64,000 nt of DNA from a virus. Positions 28,986 to 39,488 of the stretch are shown piece after piece. Each line of letters opens with the position of its first letter. Within the stretch, counting starts at the first letter, position 1. The translations under genes and the position numbers were made by a program. Below the pieces are notes generated by a model. It saw only the letters and a program-made list of their open reading frames with translations, made no database searches and had not been told where the DNA came from. Where the stretch lies: positions 1 through 64,000 of IMG/VR virus record IMGVR_UViG_3300029319_009044. The stretch is one strand, 5' to 3'.

Positions 28986-30581
28986 ATGTCAAAATCATAC
29001 AAAAGTTCAGTTGATGATGACTCATTTAAATTTAAATTAAATGGGGGTGAGTATTATTGCTATTTTCTTATAAGTAATAATCCTGAACCACCTAAAGAGT
29101 TTACCGGGAAAGATCTTGCTGAAGGTGTGCTTTTGACTAAATCAGCTATAGTAAGTTTAGATATTCATGAGAATTTTTTTGCTCCGGAGATAGTAGGTAC
29201 TATTACTATCAATAACCCATTTAACTATATGGAAGATGAACATCTTACTAGTGGAGATGGAGAGGATTATTTACATATTAACTTTGTAGATTATGAAACA
29301 TATAAAACAGGTGATTATACTTCAGAAGCATTAAGATATAGTTTCGTAATTACTGATGAACAAAATAGTATATCAAAAACTGATAGAAGTAACAATCTAA
29401 AAACTTATACTTTAGTTGATAAAAATTTTTATAGATTCAATAAAACTTTTCCTAAGGATACTAAATTTCCTCTCACTAATGATGCAACACCTATTGGTAA
29501 GGTAATATATAATGAAGTATTAGGACCATTATTTGAATTAAGTAGTATAGTAGCATCAAACGAAAAAGGTCAAGATTTAAATTGGGATGAAGGTAATCAT
29601 ATTCTCAATAGCAATAATGGGGATTTTCCTTTCACTTTTCAATCATTGCATCCAGGTAAGCATTGGAGATATTCTGATGTATTAAAATATTTACTTAGAT
29701 ATAATTATAGTTTTACGGATAGTGGGTTACCGGCGCAAACGTTTATGCAGTTTAACAGAGATAATGAAACATATAGCTTATTACCGTTAGATTCATACTT
29801 TAAAGAAAATGATAAATTTACTATAGAAGCTTTAGGAGTTGGTGATTTATTATCTGAAGGAAAAAATCAAAAATTTGAATCGATTAATAAGAATAACCCA
29901 GTAAGCAATACTAATATTAAATTTAATCGATATACAGGCTTATTACATAATACTGATTTAACTACCCCATATACTACCTACACTAATGAGTACTTTATGG
30001 ATTATAAAGTTACTAATAACTATTTAGAATTAGGAGATAGTAAAGAAACAACTATAAGGATAAATGAAGTTATTGGTCAATGGGAAAATGATTTTGTAAG
30101 AAATTTTAAATTAGCTGGGGGAATGGCAAAACCTTTTATACCTTTTAATAAAAGCTCAGATAGGCCCGTAAAACCTTTTGGTTTACCTAATTTTCCAGAA
30201 GAAGATTGTATTAACTTGGTTAAAGCTCAAATGGTATCAAACTTAACTTTTTTCAATTTACAACTTACTCTGGATATAGCAGGCGATACAGCTAGAAGAC
30301 CAGGAAGATTTATAGATATATTTAAACTTTCTGAACAAGAAGGTACATCAGATGCTAAGTTACTTGGAAAATGGTTTATTACTAATGTGCATCATAGATT
30401 TATAAAAGATAAATATCAAACTGTAATAATATGTATCAAGCCTTATGTAGGACCTGATCATAATTATGTTCCGAGAACTGTTGAAGAAGCAGCAGTTTTA
30501 CCTTTACCTTGGACGGGAGAAGCTGACCCAAGTTTTATGAACCCCGATATTTCAGCAGCCGGCTCAAGCCCTAGTTACTAA
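28986..30581 (+). CDS. baseplate hub protein (gp27-like)
   Basis: I.EN.F.P...G.I.I, C-terminal GD..RRPG.FI.I...GKWFIT.V.H.F. Confidence 0.6.
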   Translation: MSKSYKSSVDDDSFKFKLNGGEYYCYFLISNNPEPPKEFTGKDLAEGVLLTKSAIVSLDIHENFFAPEIVGTITINNPFNYMEDEHLTSGDGEDYLHINFVDYETYKTGDYTSEALRYSFVITDEQNSISKTDRSNNLKTYTLVDKNFYRFNKTFPKDTKFPLTNDATPIGKVIYNEVLGPLFELSSIVASNEKGQDLNWDEGNHILNSNNGDFPFTFQSLHPGKHWRYSDVLKYLLRYNYSFTDSGLPAQTFMQFNRDNETYSLLPLDSYFKENDKFTIEALGVGDLLSEGKNQKFESINKNNPVSNTNIKFNRYTGLLHNTDLTTPYTTYTNEYFMDYKVTNNYLELGDSKETTIRINEVIGQWENDFVRNFKLAGGMAKPFIPFNKSSDRPVKPFGLPNFPEEDCINLVKAQMVSNLTFFNLQLTLDIAGDTARRPGRFIDIFKLSEQEGTSDAKLLGKWFITNVHHRFIKDKYQTVIICIKPYVGPDHNYVPRTVEEAAVLPLPWTGEADPSFMNPDISAAGSSPSY

Positions 30582-30593
30582 TAAATATTTTAA

Positions 30594-31919
30594 ATGCCAT
30601 CACATAATACAGATAATGAACCACTAGTGGTAGAAGAGATGCTTGTAGAAGCAACTATACCAGATGAAGGTAATATTGGTGAAATAACTCCTACAATAAT
30701 TACTGGTGCTGCTGAACCTACACCTGAACCTACAACTCAAACAACTACCGGTAGATCAGCTTGTATAGATAAATTAGTAAATGAACTAGTTGATGATGTA
30801 AATGGTTTTTTTAATGTAAAAGCTCAGGTATTACGTTCTCTTTTTATTAATAAAAAACAGTTTGAAAATTTAATAGTAAGAGATTGTGATGGTAAATTAC
30901 AAGGTGATTTTATGCATAATTTTTCAGAGTCTGAACTAGACTTTATGGAAAATTACTTAAAAGTTTTTGAGTTAGGTTTAAATCAATTAGAACGATTTAT
31001 GCGTATGTTAGCTTCTGCTGAAGGCCTATTAAGATTAGATGAATGTACCATACTTTACTATTTACGTCAACTACTTAATGGACCATATTCATGCGCTGCA
31101 TATGATCTATCTCGTTTAATTTCTGGGCAAGATATAAATTTATTAGCTTCAGTAAATGATGGGATAGGTACATTAGGTAACGCAGTTAGGAGTAACGCAG
31201 CAACTACTGTTTATGGTTTAGAACCATTTAATGCAGCTTTAGATCTTTATAATAAATTACCTCCATTTATGCAAAAAAATATAAACGACGGTACTAAAAC
31301 TACTACTAATGTTTTTAACTATAACTTTGAGCAAAATATTTACAATGATAATACTTTACCATTTATAGATAAGTTTCCTGAATTGAGAGTTAATAATGAG
31401 TACTCTACAGGTTTTAATAACTTTGCTGCTGGTAATCTTATGTTAAAGGATATACCGTTCTTTAATACTCTTCGTGATATATCAAATAATATTTTTGAAA
31501 GCATAAGAGCAGCTTTAGGACCTGCTGCGTATAGACTTTTCGAATTTAGAAAGTTTGTAAATATATTTTATATTGAAGGTAGTAAAGCATTCAGTGTCTT
31601 AAATGGGGTTAATCGATTACTAATTTCTTTAGATAGAACAGAATATACTGTTAAGAATAGAATTATAAAACAAAAATGTCAAAATGCTTTAACTAATATT
31701 TTAGGATTTCCTATAGAAAATGATAGGACTTATGAACTTCAGATGCAATTAGGAAGCGGTGTTTATGATATATACACTCTTAATGGACTATTTGGAGGTT
31801 CAGTTGGTAGAACTTCTAAGCAAGAAGTAACTGATGAGGAGTTAGAGCAAGCTGATGTTAGTGTTGTTACTAAAGATATTTGTGAAGATGAAGATGACTG
31901 CAAAGAATTTAATTTTTAA
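30594..31919 (+). CDS. hypothetical late (probably virion) protein
   Basis: TAAATA-N6-ATG; Pro/Thr-rich N-terminus; C-terminal C-(D/E)5-C-x4-F. Confidence 0.6.
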   Translation: MPSHNTDNEPLVVEEMLVEATIPDEGNIGEITPTIITGAAEPTPEPTTQTTTGRSACIDKLVNELVDDVNGFFNVKAQVLRSLFINKKQFENLIVRDCDGKLQGDFMHNFSESELDFMENYLKVFELGLNQLERFMRMLASAEGLLRLDECTILYYLRQLLNGPYSCAAYDLSRLISGQDINLLASVNDGIGTLGNAVRSNAATTVYGLEPFNAALDLYNKLPPFMQKNINDGTKTTTNVFNYNFEQNIYNDNTLPFIDKFPELRVNNEYSTGFNNFAAGNLMLKDIPFFNTLRDISNNIFESIRAALGPAAYRLFEFRKFVNIFYIEGSKAFSVLNGVNRLLISLDRTEYTVKNRIIKQKCQNALTNILGFPIENDRTYELQMQLGSGVYDIYTLNGLFGGSVGRTSKQEVTDEELEQADVSVVTKDICEDEDDCKEFNF

Positions 31920-32176
31920 ACATCACCATTTTCATCTATTTTCATATCTTCATAAGGTCCAACTATGGCTCTATAATATTCTTGCTTACAGCATTCTAAT
32001 GCTCCAATCATCTCATTTAAATTAGAATAATTTTTACCGTAAGCTCTTATAAAGTTATCAATAAAAACTGTAACTACATAGTTTAACTCTCCAGCATTTT
32101 GAGGTACATAATTTAACCCCGCAGCGTTAAGTTTATCTTCTACGTCTTCTCTTTGTGATGGTTTAATGTAAGGCAT
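31916..32176 (-). CDS. conserved small phage protein (MPYI...GELNY...EYYR...YED.KI.ENGDV; DUF6899-like)
   Basis: Recognisable motif string; family name from memory. Confidence 0.6.
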   Translation of the reverse strand: MPYIKPSQREDVEDKLNAAGLNYVPQNAGELNYVVTVFIDNFIRAYGKNYSNLNEMIGALECCKQEYYRAIVGPYEDMKIDENGDV

Positions 32177-33089
32177 TTTCTAAATTTACTAAACAGGCAA
32201 AAGCGTTAATTTCTTTATCTACTACAAACGCACTTTTATATAAATGATCAGCAATAGTAGCTATACAAGTCTTCTTTTTGTTATCTTCTAAATTAGAGCT
32301 GTATGTAAAATTTAAAAAGTTAGCTAACAAAGTATCATAATCTCCTTGAAATCTATCTTCATTTTCAATAAGATATTTTCTAGCTTCTAAACATTTATTA
32401 CTAGCTAATTTTTTGTAAATTGTTTCGAGAAGCTCGTTATCGCTATTAATGTTAGCAATACACAGCTCTGAATCAATAACGTTCTTTTGAAGCTCATTGA
32501 TCGCCTTCCGAAGATCGGGGAAGTGACGCTTAACGAGTTGGATGAATTTAATTTTTTGTTCATCTGATACTTTAATATTTTCTTTTTTAAGGATATAATA
32601 GCATCGCTTAACAGCAAGTTCTACTACAGGTTTAATATCTAAAGCTTGACAGCGAGATTGCAAGGCAGGAATAATTTTATGCTTATAATTAGCAGTAAGT
32701 ATAAACCTACAATACTTAGCAAACGTTTCCATAGTATTTCGCAAAGCAGCTTGCGCTTGAGGGGTAAGTCCATCTGCTTCATCTAGAATTACTACCTTTA
32801 CCCCACCGTCAAAAGATTTAGTTTGAGCGAAATTAGTAATATTATGTCTGATAGTATCGATCCCAGACTCATCAGAAGCATTAATATAAAGATAATTACA
32901 TCCGAGTATATCGTTAACAATAACTCTTGCAAGCGTGGTCTTACCAGTACCGGGATTACCAACAAAAAGAAGATTAGGAATTTCATTTTTAAACTCTTTA
33001 ACTATATTACGGGTACGTTCATCTAAGATAATATCATCTAGCTTAGCAGGACGATACTTCTCTACCCAAATTTTATCAAAGTCAATCAT
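32163..33089 (-). CDS. gp44: clamp loader AAA+ subunit (T4 gp44 / RFC-like)
   Basis: WVEKYRP, GNPGTGKTT, NASDE.GID, ILDEADGL, AQAALR, SRC, FPDLRK.IN. Confidence 0.92.
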   Translation of the reverse strand: MIDFDKIWVEKYRPAKLDDIILDERTRNIVKEFKNEIPNLLFVGNPGTGKTTLARVIVNDILGCNYLYINASDESGIDTIRHNITNFAQTKSFDGGVKVVILDEADGLTPQAQAALRNTMETFAKYCRFILTANYKHKIIPALQSRCQALDIKPVVELAVKRCYYILKKENIKVSDEQKIKFIQLVKRHFPDLRKAINELQKNVIDSELCIANINSDNELLETIYKKLASNKCLEARKYLIENEDRFQGDYDTLLANFLNFTYSSNLEDNKKKTCIATIADHLYKSAFVVDKEINAFACLVNLENALH

Positions 33090-33091
33090 AA

Positions 33092-33514
33092 TTATTTACC
33101 AGAAGAACCAAAGCCTTTTTCACCACGAAGCGACTCTTCAATCTCACCTTCACTAACTTCAACATCATGATTATTATAAACTACAAACTGAGCAATTCTA
33201 TCACCTGCTTTGACTTCGTAATCTTTATCAGTTAAGTTATATAGCTTGATTCCAGCACTACCTCTATATCCGGAATCAATAATTCCCGGATGAGGCAGAA
33301 TACCATGTTTAAAGCCTAGGCCAGATCTACCTTCAATTCTAACCCAATAACCAGGCTCAATATATGCAAACTTTAACCCTACCTCAATAACAGCAGATCC
33401 CTTAGCAGGAATTACTTTATCTTCAACACAAGTAACATCTAATCCAGTATCGTCCTTATGATTCTTCGAAGGAAGGACAGCACTCTCGTCAGTCTTCTTA
33501 AATTTTAATATCAT
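33092..33514 (-). CDS. dut: trimeric dUTPase
   Basis: GLDV, GRSGLG, GIIDSGYRG, GDRIAQ, RGEKGFGSSG. Confidence 0.95.
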   Translation of the reverse strand: MILKFKKTDESAVLPSKNHKDDTGLDVTCVEDKVIPAKGSAVIEVGLKFAYIEPGYWVRIEGRSGLGFKHGILPHPGIIDSGYRGSAGIKLYNLTDKDYEVKAGDRIAQFVVYNNHDVEVSEGEIEESLRGEKGFGSSGK

Positions 33515-33549
33515 ATATACTATAATAAGATACTTTGCAAAATATTCAA
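33515..33549 (-). promoter_or_regulatory. sigma70-like promoter for dut-gp44
   Basis: TTGAAT 35 nt upstream of the ATG, with a TATTAT -10. Confidence 0.45.
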
Positions 33550-33570
33550 GGGTAGATTAAATATATGTAA

Positions 33571-34011
33571 ATGGCTGAAGAATTAGATGAAGCTGTAAAT
33601 GATATTATTGCTCAATTGAAGCAAAATAATAAAGTTGTTAAGGCTCCCGTAGAAGAAAGTTTTCTTAATAAAGAAGACTTGGAAGATTTTCTTATTCAAA
33701 ATTCAGGTAAGCTTATTAAAAAATCTCTCAGTATAGTAGATAATGTAAATGATTATATTTCATCTGCACCTGAAAATAGAGATGTAGCAGCATTAGCTGA
33801 GCTTATAAAAGCTTCTTCATCTGCTATTGAGACTCTTAATAAATTACATGTAGCTAAAGAAAGAAATGAGACACAGATAGAGGTTAAAAAGATAGACGTA
33901 GAGAGTAAAGAGAGATTGAATATTGCTGATAATCAAACTAAAGTACTTTTATCAAGAGATGATATTATGAAAGCTCTTATTGAAGACGAAAAAGAAGTTA
34001 TAGACGTCTAA
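33571..34011 (+). CDS. putative terminase small subunit (gp16-like)
   Basis: Helical; P..RDVAALAELIKA...AIE.L.KL resembles T4-like TerS; late promoter. Confidence 0.5.
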   Translation: MAEELDEAVNDIIAQLKQNNKVVKAPVEESFLNKEDLEDFLIQNSGKLIKKSLSIVDNVNDYISSAPENRDVAALAELIKASSSAIETLNKLHVAKERNETQIEVKKIDVESKERLNIADNQTKVLLSRDDIMKALIEDEKEVIDV

Positions 34012-34580
34012 TAAGCACTAGGACCGGGTACAAGATCACCTAAGTATTGCTGAGTATAAGAATCAGCTGCTGTAGATGGTGTAGCAGGATCAGAAGGAAT
34101 ATCAGTGTTACTATCTGGTAGAGATCTTTCGGGGTTTTCTCGAGCTTGTGGAGCTTCTGTTTTTTCTGCTTCTTCAGGCTTGATATTAACGTTGCTATCT
34201 CTTTTTACTGCATCTGGAATAGGGGGTAAGTTAGGGTAATATTCAACCGATTGGCCAAGATTACTTGGAATAGAAACATGATGGGTATAACGCCCTCCTC
34301 CGGAATCTAAAGCTAAGTCCAATACAACGTCAAGAGTAGTAGTATCAGCATTTGCTGGGTATCGAGCTGAAGTTGTATCTTTAATACCTACAACTCGGAC
34401 ATTTAATCCAGAGTCGATCATTTGTTGTAGTAATTCTTGAGTATTAGATCCAAGTTTTTTAAACTCATCAGTACTCTTAAAGTTATCGTTAAACTTAAAA
34501 CAATCACCTACTAGGAATCCTCCACGCTCGTATCTTCTCATATATGATTCATGCAGATTAATAAACTTTTTGTCAGCCAT
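34008..34580 (-). CDS. hypothetical late protein (possible internal head protein)
   Basis: Start moved from 34604 to 34580 (TAAATA-N6-ATG); N-terminal KF..L.E motif. Confidence 0.6.
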   Translation of the reverse strand: MADKKFINLHESYMRRYERGGFLVGDCFKFNDNFKSTDEFKKLGSNTQELLQQMIDSGLNVRVVGIKDTTSARYPANADTTTLDVVLDLALDSGGGRYTHHVSIPSNLGQSVEYYPNLPPIPDAVKRDSNVNIKPEEAEKTEAPQARENPERSLPDSNTDIPSDPATPSTAADSYTQQYLGDLVPGPSAY

Positions 34581-34625
34581 AATATTATTTATGCTACCTT
34601 GCATTGAATCATACAGTTCGGGCTG

Positions 34626-34892
34626 CTAATCTTTAAGAAACTCTGCTAAAGTATGGTAAGCAGTAAAGACTTCAATTTGATCTTCAGTAGCAGCTCCTAA
34701 ATCTTCCTCTATTTCGAAAGAATGAGATGTATGAGCTACTTTCTTAATAACCCATCTATTATCTTTTAAATACACTTCTCCAAATAACATAGAGGGAAGA
34801 TCTAATTTTTCATAAACAACATCCTTTACTGCATGTGCTAAATCAGAATTGGAGACATCTACACTTATACTAGCTTTACCATTAACGACCAT
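34626..34892 (-). CDS. hypothetical protein
   Basis: ORF with GGAACT-N4-TATAAT-N6-ATG. Confidence 0.65.
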   Translation of the reverse strand: MVVNGKASISVDVSNSDLAHAVKDVVYEKLDLPSMLFGEVYLKDNRWVIKKVAHTSHSFEIEEDLGAATEDQIEVFTAYHTLAEFLKD

Positions 34893-34916
34893 AATCTAAT
34901 TATATTATAGTTCCTT
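34893..34916 (-). promoter_or_regulatory. GGAACT-N4-TATAAT promoter (leaderless)
   Basis: Minus strand AAGGAACT ataa TATAAT tagatt ATG. Confidence 0.65.
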
Positions 34917-34946
34917 AATTCTGATATGCTACATTAAATATAATAA

Positions 34947-35435
34947 ATGGCGCTCATTAAATTAACAGATATAGCAGCTAGCGAGTTAGATAATTCTTCT
35001 CTCGAAAATGGTTATCTTTATAAAGATTTGTTTTTAGATTTAGATACTGCTGTTTATTATAACAGAGAACTTAACAAGAGTTCAGTTCTTAAAGATGTAC
35101 AAGGTTTATTTGATGAGAATGCTATCCGAAATAGTATTACAAACATTTTTTTAACTGCTCCAGGTGAAAAAATATTAAGTCCTGAGTTTGGATTAGATCT
35201 TAGACGCTACTTATTTGAACCTATTTCTGAGTTTAATGCTTTTGCTATTAAGGATGATATTAGAAATCGATTACCTATAATGGAACCAAGAATAGAGATA
35301 GATAGAGTAGGTGTTATACCTAATGCGGATTTAAATGAGTATCAAATAACTTTGCAAATTAATATTCCTTCTTTAAATGTGTATGGTATATCACTAAGAT
35401 CAACATTAAATAACAACGGATATTTTATATTTTAA
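34947..35435 (+). CDS. gp25: baseplate wedge subunit gp25
   Basis: YKDL.L, AI.NSI.NI.LT.PGEK...PEFG..L..YLFEP, EPR. Confidence 0.9.
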   Translation: MALIKLTDIAASELDNSSLENGYLYKDLFLDLDTAVYYNRELNKSSVLKDVQGLFDENAIRNSITNIFLTAPGEKILSPEFGLDLRRYLFEPISEFNAFAIKDDIRNRLPIMEPRIEIDRVGVIPNADLNEYQITLQINIPSLNVYGISLRSTLNNNGYFIF

Positions 35436-35437
35436 TT

Positions 35438-37273
35438 ATGGCTAAATCAAATAAAGATAACGAATTTCTAGAGTTTAACTTACCTCAAAACGCATATGTT
35501 GCTTTTGATGCTGTAAGTCTAAAAGATTATATAGTTAATAGACTTAATACAAATGAAAAGTTTACTGATCAAAATTATGATGGTAGTAATTTAGCTGCTG
35601 TAATAGATATTATTGCATATTCATATCATGTTTTGTTATTTTATTTAAACCAGACAGCCTCTGAAGTTAATTTTAATCAAGCTTCTATTTATGAAAATAT
35701 GAACAAGATAGTTAAGCTGATTGGTTATAAACCTTCTGGTAAACAAACATCTATAGTTCCTATTAATGCAGTTGGTTCAGCTGACATGGCTATAGGTAGT
35801 TATACCATAAGAAAAAATTCTTACTTTTTAGCTGATGGAATTCAATACAATTTTATAGATGATTATTCTTTTAATAAAACAACTACTGGATCAGAAACTA
35901 TAAAAACATTAAACGATACAGTAGTTTTATATCAGGGTACTGTAAAAGAATATCCTGATTATATAGCTCAAGGAGAAGAGTTTGAGCTTTTACCTATAGT
36001 TGTAAAAAATGTAGTAGATACCAATACTGATAAGTTTATAGCAGATAATACTATAGATGTATATGTAAAAGAAGCAGGTAACAGTACATACTATCTTTAT
36101 AAAGAAGTTGATAGTTTATATCTTTCTAATTCTACAGAAAGGGTATATGAAAAGAGGCTAAATGAAAATGGATTTTATGAAATTAAATTTGGAAGCGGTG
36201 TTTTTGGTAAAAAGCTAGCTGCAGGTGATATAGTTTCAGTAAATTATCTTCAATCAGATAATGCTCAAGGAATAATTAGTAAAAATGTAATAAATGGAAA
36301 TAAAATATTCATTTATGATTCACTAAGACAAAGAAGTATTTTTCAAGATACATTTGCTAATAAAGATGAAACAACATTTATCGATAATACTAATAGTTCA
36401 CTCTTAACTATAAATAACCCTCAAGCTTCTACTTCTCTTTCAGATGAAGAGACAGTAGATGAAATACGTAAAAATGCTCCTAAAGCATTTGCTTCTCAAT
36501 TAAGATTAGTAACTGAGTCTGATTATGAGTCTTTTATAGAGAAAAATTTAGCTAATGTTACTAATAGTGTAAAAGTTGTAAATAACGATTCATACATAAA
36601 TGAATATATAAAATATTTTTATGATATATGTATTGATCCAAATAAAGTAAATAGAGTTTTAATAAATCAAATTAATTTTGCTGATTCATGTGATTTTAAT
36701 AATATTAATGTTTTTTGTGCTCCATCATTTACTATTACAGAGGATAAAGCATTTCCCCCATATCTCTCTGAATCATTTAAAAATTTATTAGTCGAAACTT
36801 GTAAGGATAGAAAGATGGTCTCAAATACGGTAGTTCCTCGTGATCCGATTTACATGGCTTACGGGTTAGGTTTTACTAATTCAGCTGATTTAACTCTAGA
36901 TATTTTAGATCAAACTTTTCTTTATATAGTACGAGAAGTTAATAATAAAATTAACAAAGATACACTAAAAGCCAGAGCTGGTAATTTGATAAAAGCATTC
37001 TTTAATCCAAGTAATAATAATCTTGGTCAAAATTTAAAACTAAGTGAATTAGCTAATGATATATTATCTTTAGAAGGAGTTAGAAGAATTTATACTAAAA
37101 ATGATTCTAATGATAGTAGTATAGATACTGTTTCTTTTTTATCCTTTAATCCGGTTTACGAAACAAGCGATATAGCTTTAGTTAATCAAGATATAACTTT
37201 ACCATATTTCAAGTTCCCATATATGTATTCGCCGTTATCGATAACTAATCGTATTAAAGTAATAGATGAGTAA
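35438..37273 (+). CDS. gp6: baseplate wedge subunit gp6
   Basis: FTD.NY.GSN...IDI.AY, LIGYKP, YEIKFG.G.FG..L, E..DEIR.NAP..F..Q.RLVT..DY. Confidence 0.88.
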   Translation: MAKSNKDNEFLEFNLPQNAYVAFDAVSLKDYIVNRLNTNEKFTDQNYDGSNLAAVIDIIAYSYHVLLFYLNQTASEVNFNQASIYENMNKIVKLIGYKPSGKQTSIVPINAVGSADMAIGSYTIRKNSYFLADGIQYNFIDDYSFNKTTTGSETIKTLNDTVVLYQGTVKEYPDYIAQGEEFELLPIVVKNVVDTNTDKFIADNTIDVYVKEAGNSTYYLYKEVDSLYLSNSTERVYEKRLNENGFYEIKFGSGVFGKKLAAGDIVSVNYLQSDNAQGIISKNVINGNKIFIYDSLRQRSIFQDTFANKDETTFIDNTNSSLLTINNPQASTSLSDEETVDEIRKNAPKAFASQLRLVTESDYESFIEKNLANVTNSVKVVNNDSYINEYIKYFYDICIDPNKVNRVLINQINFADSCDFNNINVFCAPSFTITEDKAFPPYLSESFKNLLVETCKDRKMVSNTVVPRDPIYMAYGLGFTNSADLTLDILDQTFLYIVREVNNKINKDTLKARAGNLIKAFFNPSNNNLGQNLKLSELANDILSLEGVRRIYTKNDSNDSSIDTVSFLSFNPVYETSDIALVNQDITLPYFKFPYMYSPLSITNRIKVIDE

Positions 37274-39473
37274 TATAAAGACAGATTACGCTCTTTTTGA
37301 TGTAATAGATTATAAGGGAGAAAATAAGCTTTCTTCATATAATTTAGATCTTACACCTTTAACATTTAAAGCTAGAATACCAGAGGATGATGGGAGAGAT
37401 ATACCACTAAACGATCAAAAGGTAACTTTTGAGTTTGGTGATGGTACTTTTGGTAGTAATCTTTCTTCTAGCCATGTTTACCAATATCCCGGTGAATATA
37501 CTGTTAAAATGATTATAAGGGATTGTAAAAATAACTCAGTTTTAGCATACTACAGTACACCCGTAACTATTCATGACTTTGTAAAAAACACCTTTTCAGT
37601 AGAATTATCTCCAACTAATGCTACTACTATAGGTCTTTCAGCAGGTCAAATAACTGGACCTTTTACAGTAAAATCTCAAACTCCTTTTTATCAAGATTTT
37701 CAAGATATATACTATAGTATTTCAGGGTGTGACTTTGATAACTATTTTAATCTACCTACTAATAGATTTAATAGTTTAAAAAAATATTTTTCTATTTACG
37801 AGAGAGTATATTTACCTACTTTATCTAGCTTTGAATATGTTGAATTAGAAAAAATTAGCCTCACTGGGGCAAATATATATGCTAGAGTAGCTTCTAATGA
37901 ATTATTAGTACAGGGTTTGAGTTCAAGTTTATCAAGTGTTTATGCAGGTATTTCAGGTTCAAAAGAAATTTATATCAAAACTGATGATCAATCAGATAAT
38001 TTAAACATATCGTTTTTTAAAGATAGGTCTAATATTTTTGCTGATAGCTTTACAGGATATAAGAATAATGATTATACTAATAACCTTAACATTACTCTAT
38101 CATCTAATGTATTACCTACTTCTGCTCAAACACTTAGTGCTATAAAATTTTCTTCTAATGGAATATTTGGTGAAGGTATAGAGCAAGAACCGTTTCCAGT
38201 AAATAAAGTTCAATATAAAGGTTTAGGTATACCGTTTATTATTGCACCAGTCAATAACGATAACTATACTATGAAAGCTTTATCAGCAGGTACCCCATTT
38301 TTTGCTTTATTGTCAGGTGATGTTGAAAGTAGGCCTGCACACTATAGAGCAGCATTAACTGTGCCAACTAGTTATTATACTATATCTAGTTTAGCTAACA
38401 CCTTATCATCTATAGATACTAATTTTTGGTATAGAGGCGTACTTACTTTTGATGACTCCTTTAATAGTGAAATATCTGGTAGCCCTATAAGGTTATTCTT
38501 AAGTGCCGGTAATCAATATTCATTTAATACTAATTCGCAACTTTTGTCTACAGTAACTGGAACAACAGTTATATCAGCTTATCCTAAAAATTATTACGAG
38601 TTTTATAAGCATAATGAAAACTTTGACTTTGAAAGAAATATTAAAGATATGCGCTTTCAGGATATATTATTAGATAAAAATATATTCTTTGATGATTTTA
38701 TAGGTACTATATTTGGTAATGTAAGTAGTAGATATGATATACTAGGTAAAAAGCTTTATGAAAAGGTCTTTAACTTTGTTTCAAATAATGCTGATATCGA
38801 TATGTGTGATATTAATGCATTGGTAAGTATGTCAGATATGACTGATGACTATGGAATTATATTTGATAAAGCTTTAGCTCAAGAACCAGCAGAAGTAAAA
38901 AGATTTTTAGATACCTTAAGTGTAAATTATAATAAATTTAGAGGAGGTCAAAATAAATTTGATGAAAACTTCGATCCACAAGGAACTACTACTAAAGCAG
39001 TATATGGTAAAAATTTAGGAGATAAGATTGATTCCTTAACTTATGAAGTTACTGCAGGTAATGATTTAGTAGCATATGAAAAATTTAGTAACACGTATTT
39101 ACGTTTAAATACGTTTCAACCATTAAGTTCTCTTAGTGCTGTAAATACTGGAGCTGTAGCGAAAAATACTAATACTTATATGCTCAGTGATTATAGTAAT
39201 GAATCCTATAATGCGACGCTTAGTGGTGGTGATACATGGGGTTGGGGGTTAATTTTACCAGATACTTATAATATTGAAACTGTAAATAAATTTTATGAAT
39301 TTTATTCTTTATCAGCAACGTATGATAATACTGTTCTTAATGGTTTAATTGATTATAATAATGGTTTAACTACAGTTAATTTTACTGAACCTTTAGATGG
39401 ACTAGAAGGAGACAATAATATCTTTGATATTGTTATACGAAATTCGTTATTTAGTAGTCTATCTCTGTTTTAA
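37266..39473 (+). CDS. baseplate-associated protein with N-terminal PKD/Ig-like domain
   Basis: FGDGT.....SHVY.YPG.YTV (PKD); directly after gp6. Confidence 0.6.
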   Translation: MSNIKTDYALFDVIDYKGENKLSSYNLDLTPLTFKARIPEDDGRDIPLNDQKVTFEFGDGTFGSNLSSSHVYQYPGEYTVKMIIRDCKNNSVLAYYSTPVTIHDFVKNTFSVELSPTNATTIGLSAGQITGPFTVKSQTPFYQDFQDIYYSISGCDFDNYFNLPTNRFNSLKKYFSIYERVYLPTLSSFEYVELEKISLTGANIYARVASNELLVQGLSSSLSSVYAGISGSKEIYIKTDDQSDNLNISFFKDRSNIFADSFTGYKNNDYTNNLNITLSSNVLPTSAQTLSAIKFSSNGIFGEGIEQEPFPVNKVQYKGLGIPFIIAPVNNDNYTMKALSAGTPFFALLSGDVESRPAHYRAALTVPTSYYTISSLANTLSSIDTNFWYRGVLTFDDSFNSEISGSPIRLFLSAGNQYSFNTNSQLLSTVTGTTVISAYPKNYYEFYKHNENFDFERNIKDMRFQDILLDKNIFFDDFIGTIFGNVSSRYDILGKKLYEKVFNFVSNNADIDMCDINALVSMSDMTDDYGIIFDKALAQEPAEVKRFLDTLSVNYNKFRGGQNKFDENFDPQGTTTKAVYGKNLGDKIDSLTYEVTAGNDLVAYEKFSNTYLRLNTFQPLSSLSAVNTGAVAKNTNTYMLSDYSNESYNATLSGGDTWGWGLILPDTYNIETVNKFYEFYSLSATYDNTVLNGLIDYNNGLTTVNFTEPLDGLEGDNNIFDIVIRNSLFSSLSLF

Positions 39474-39488
39474 GGATAAATATGTTTA

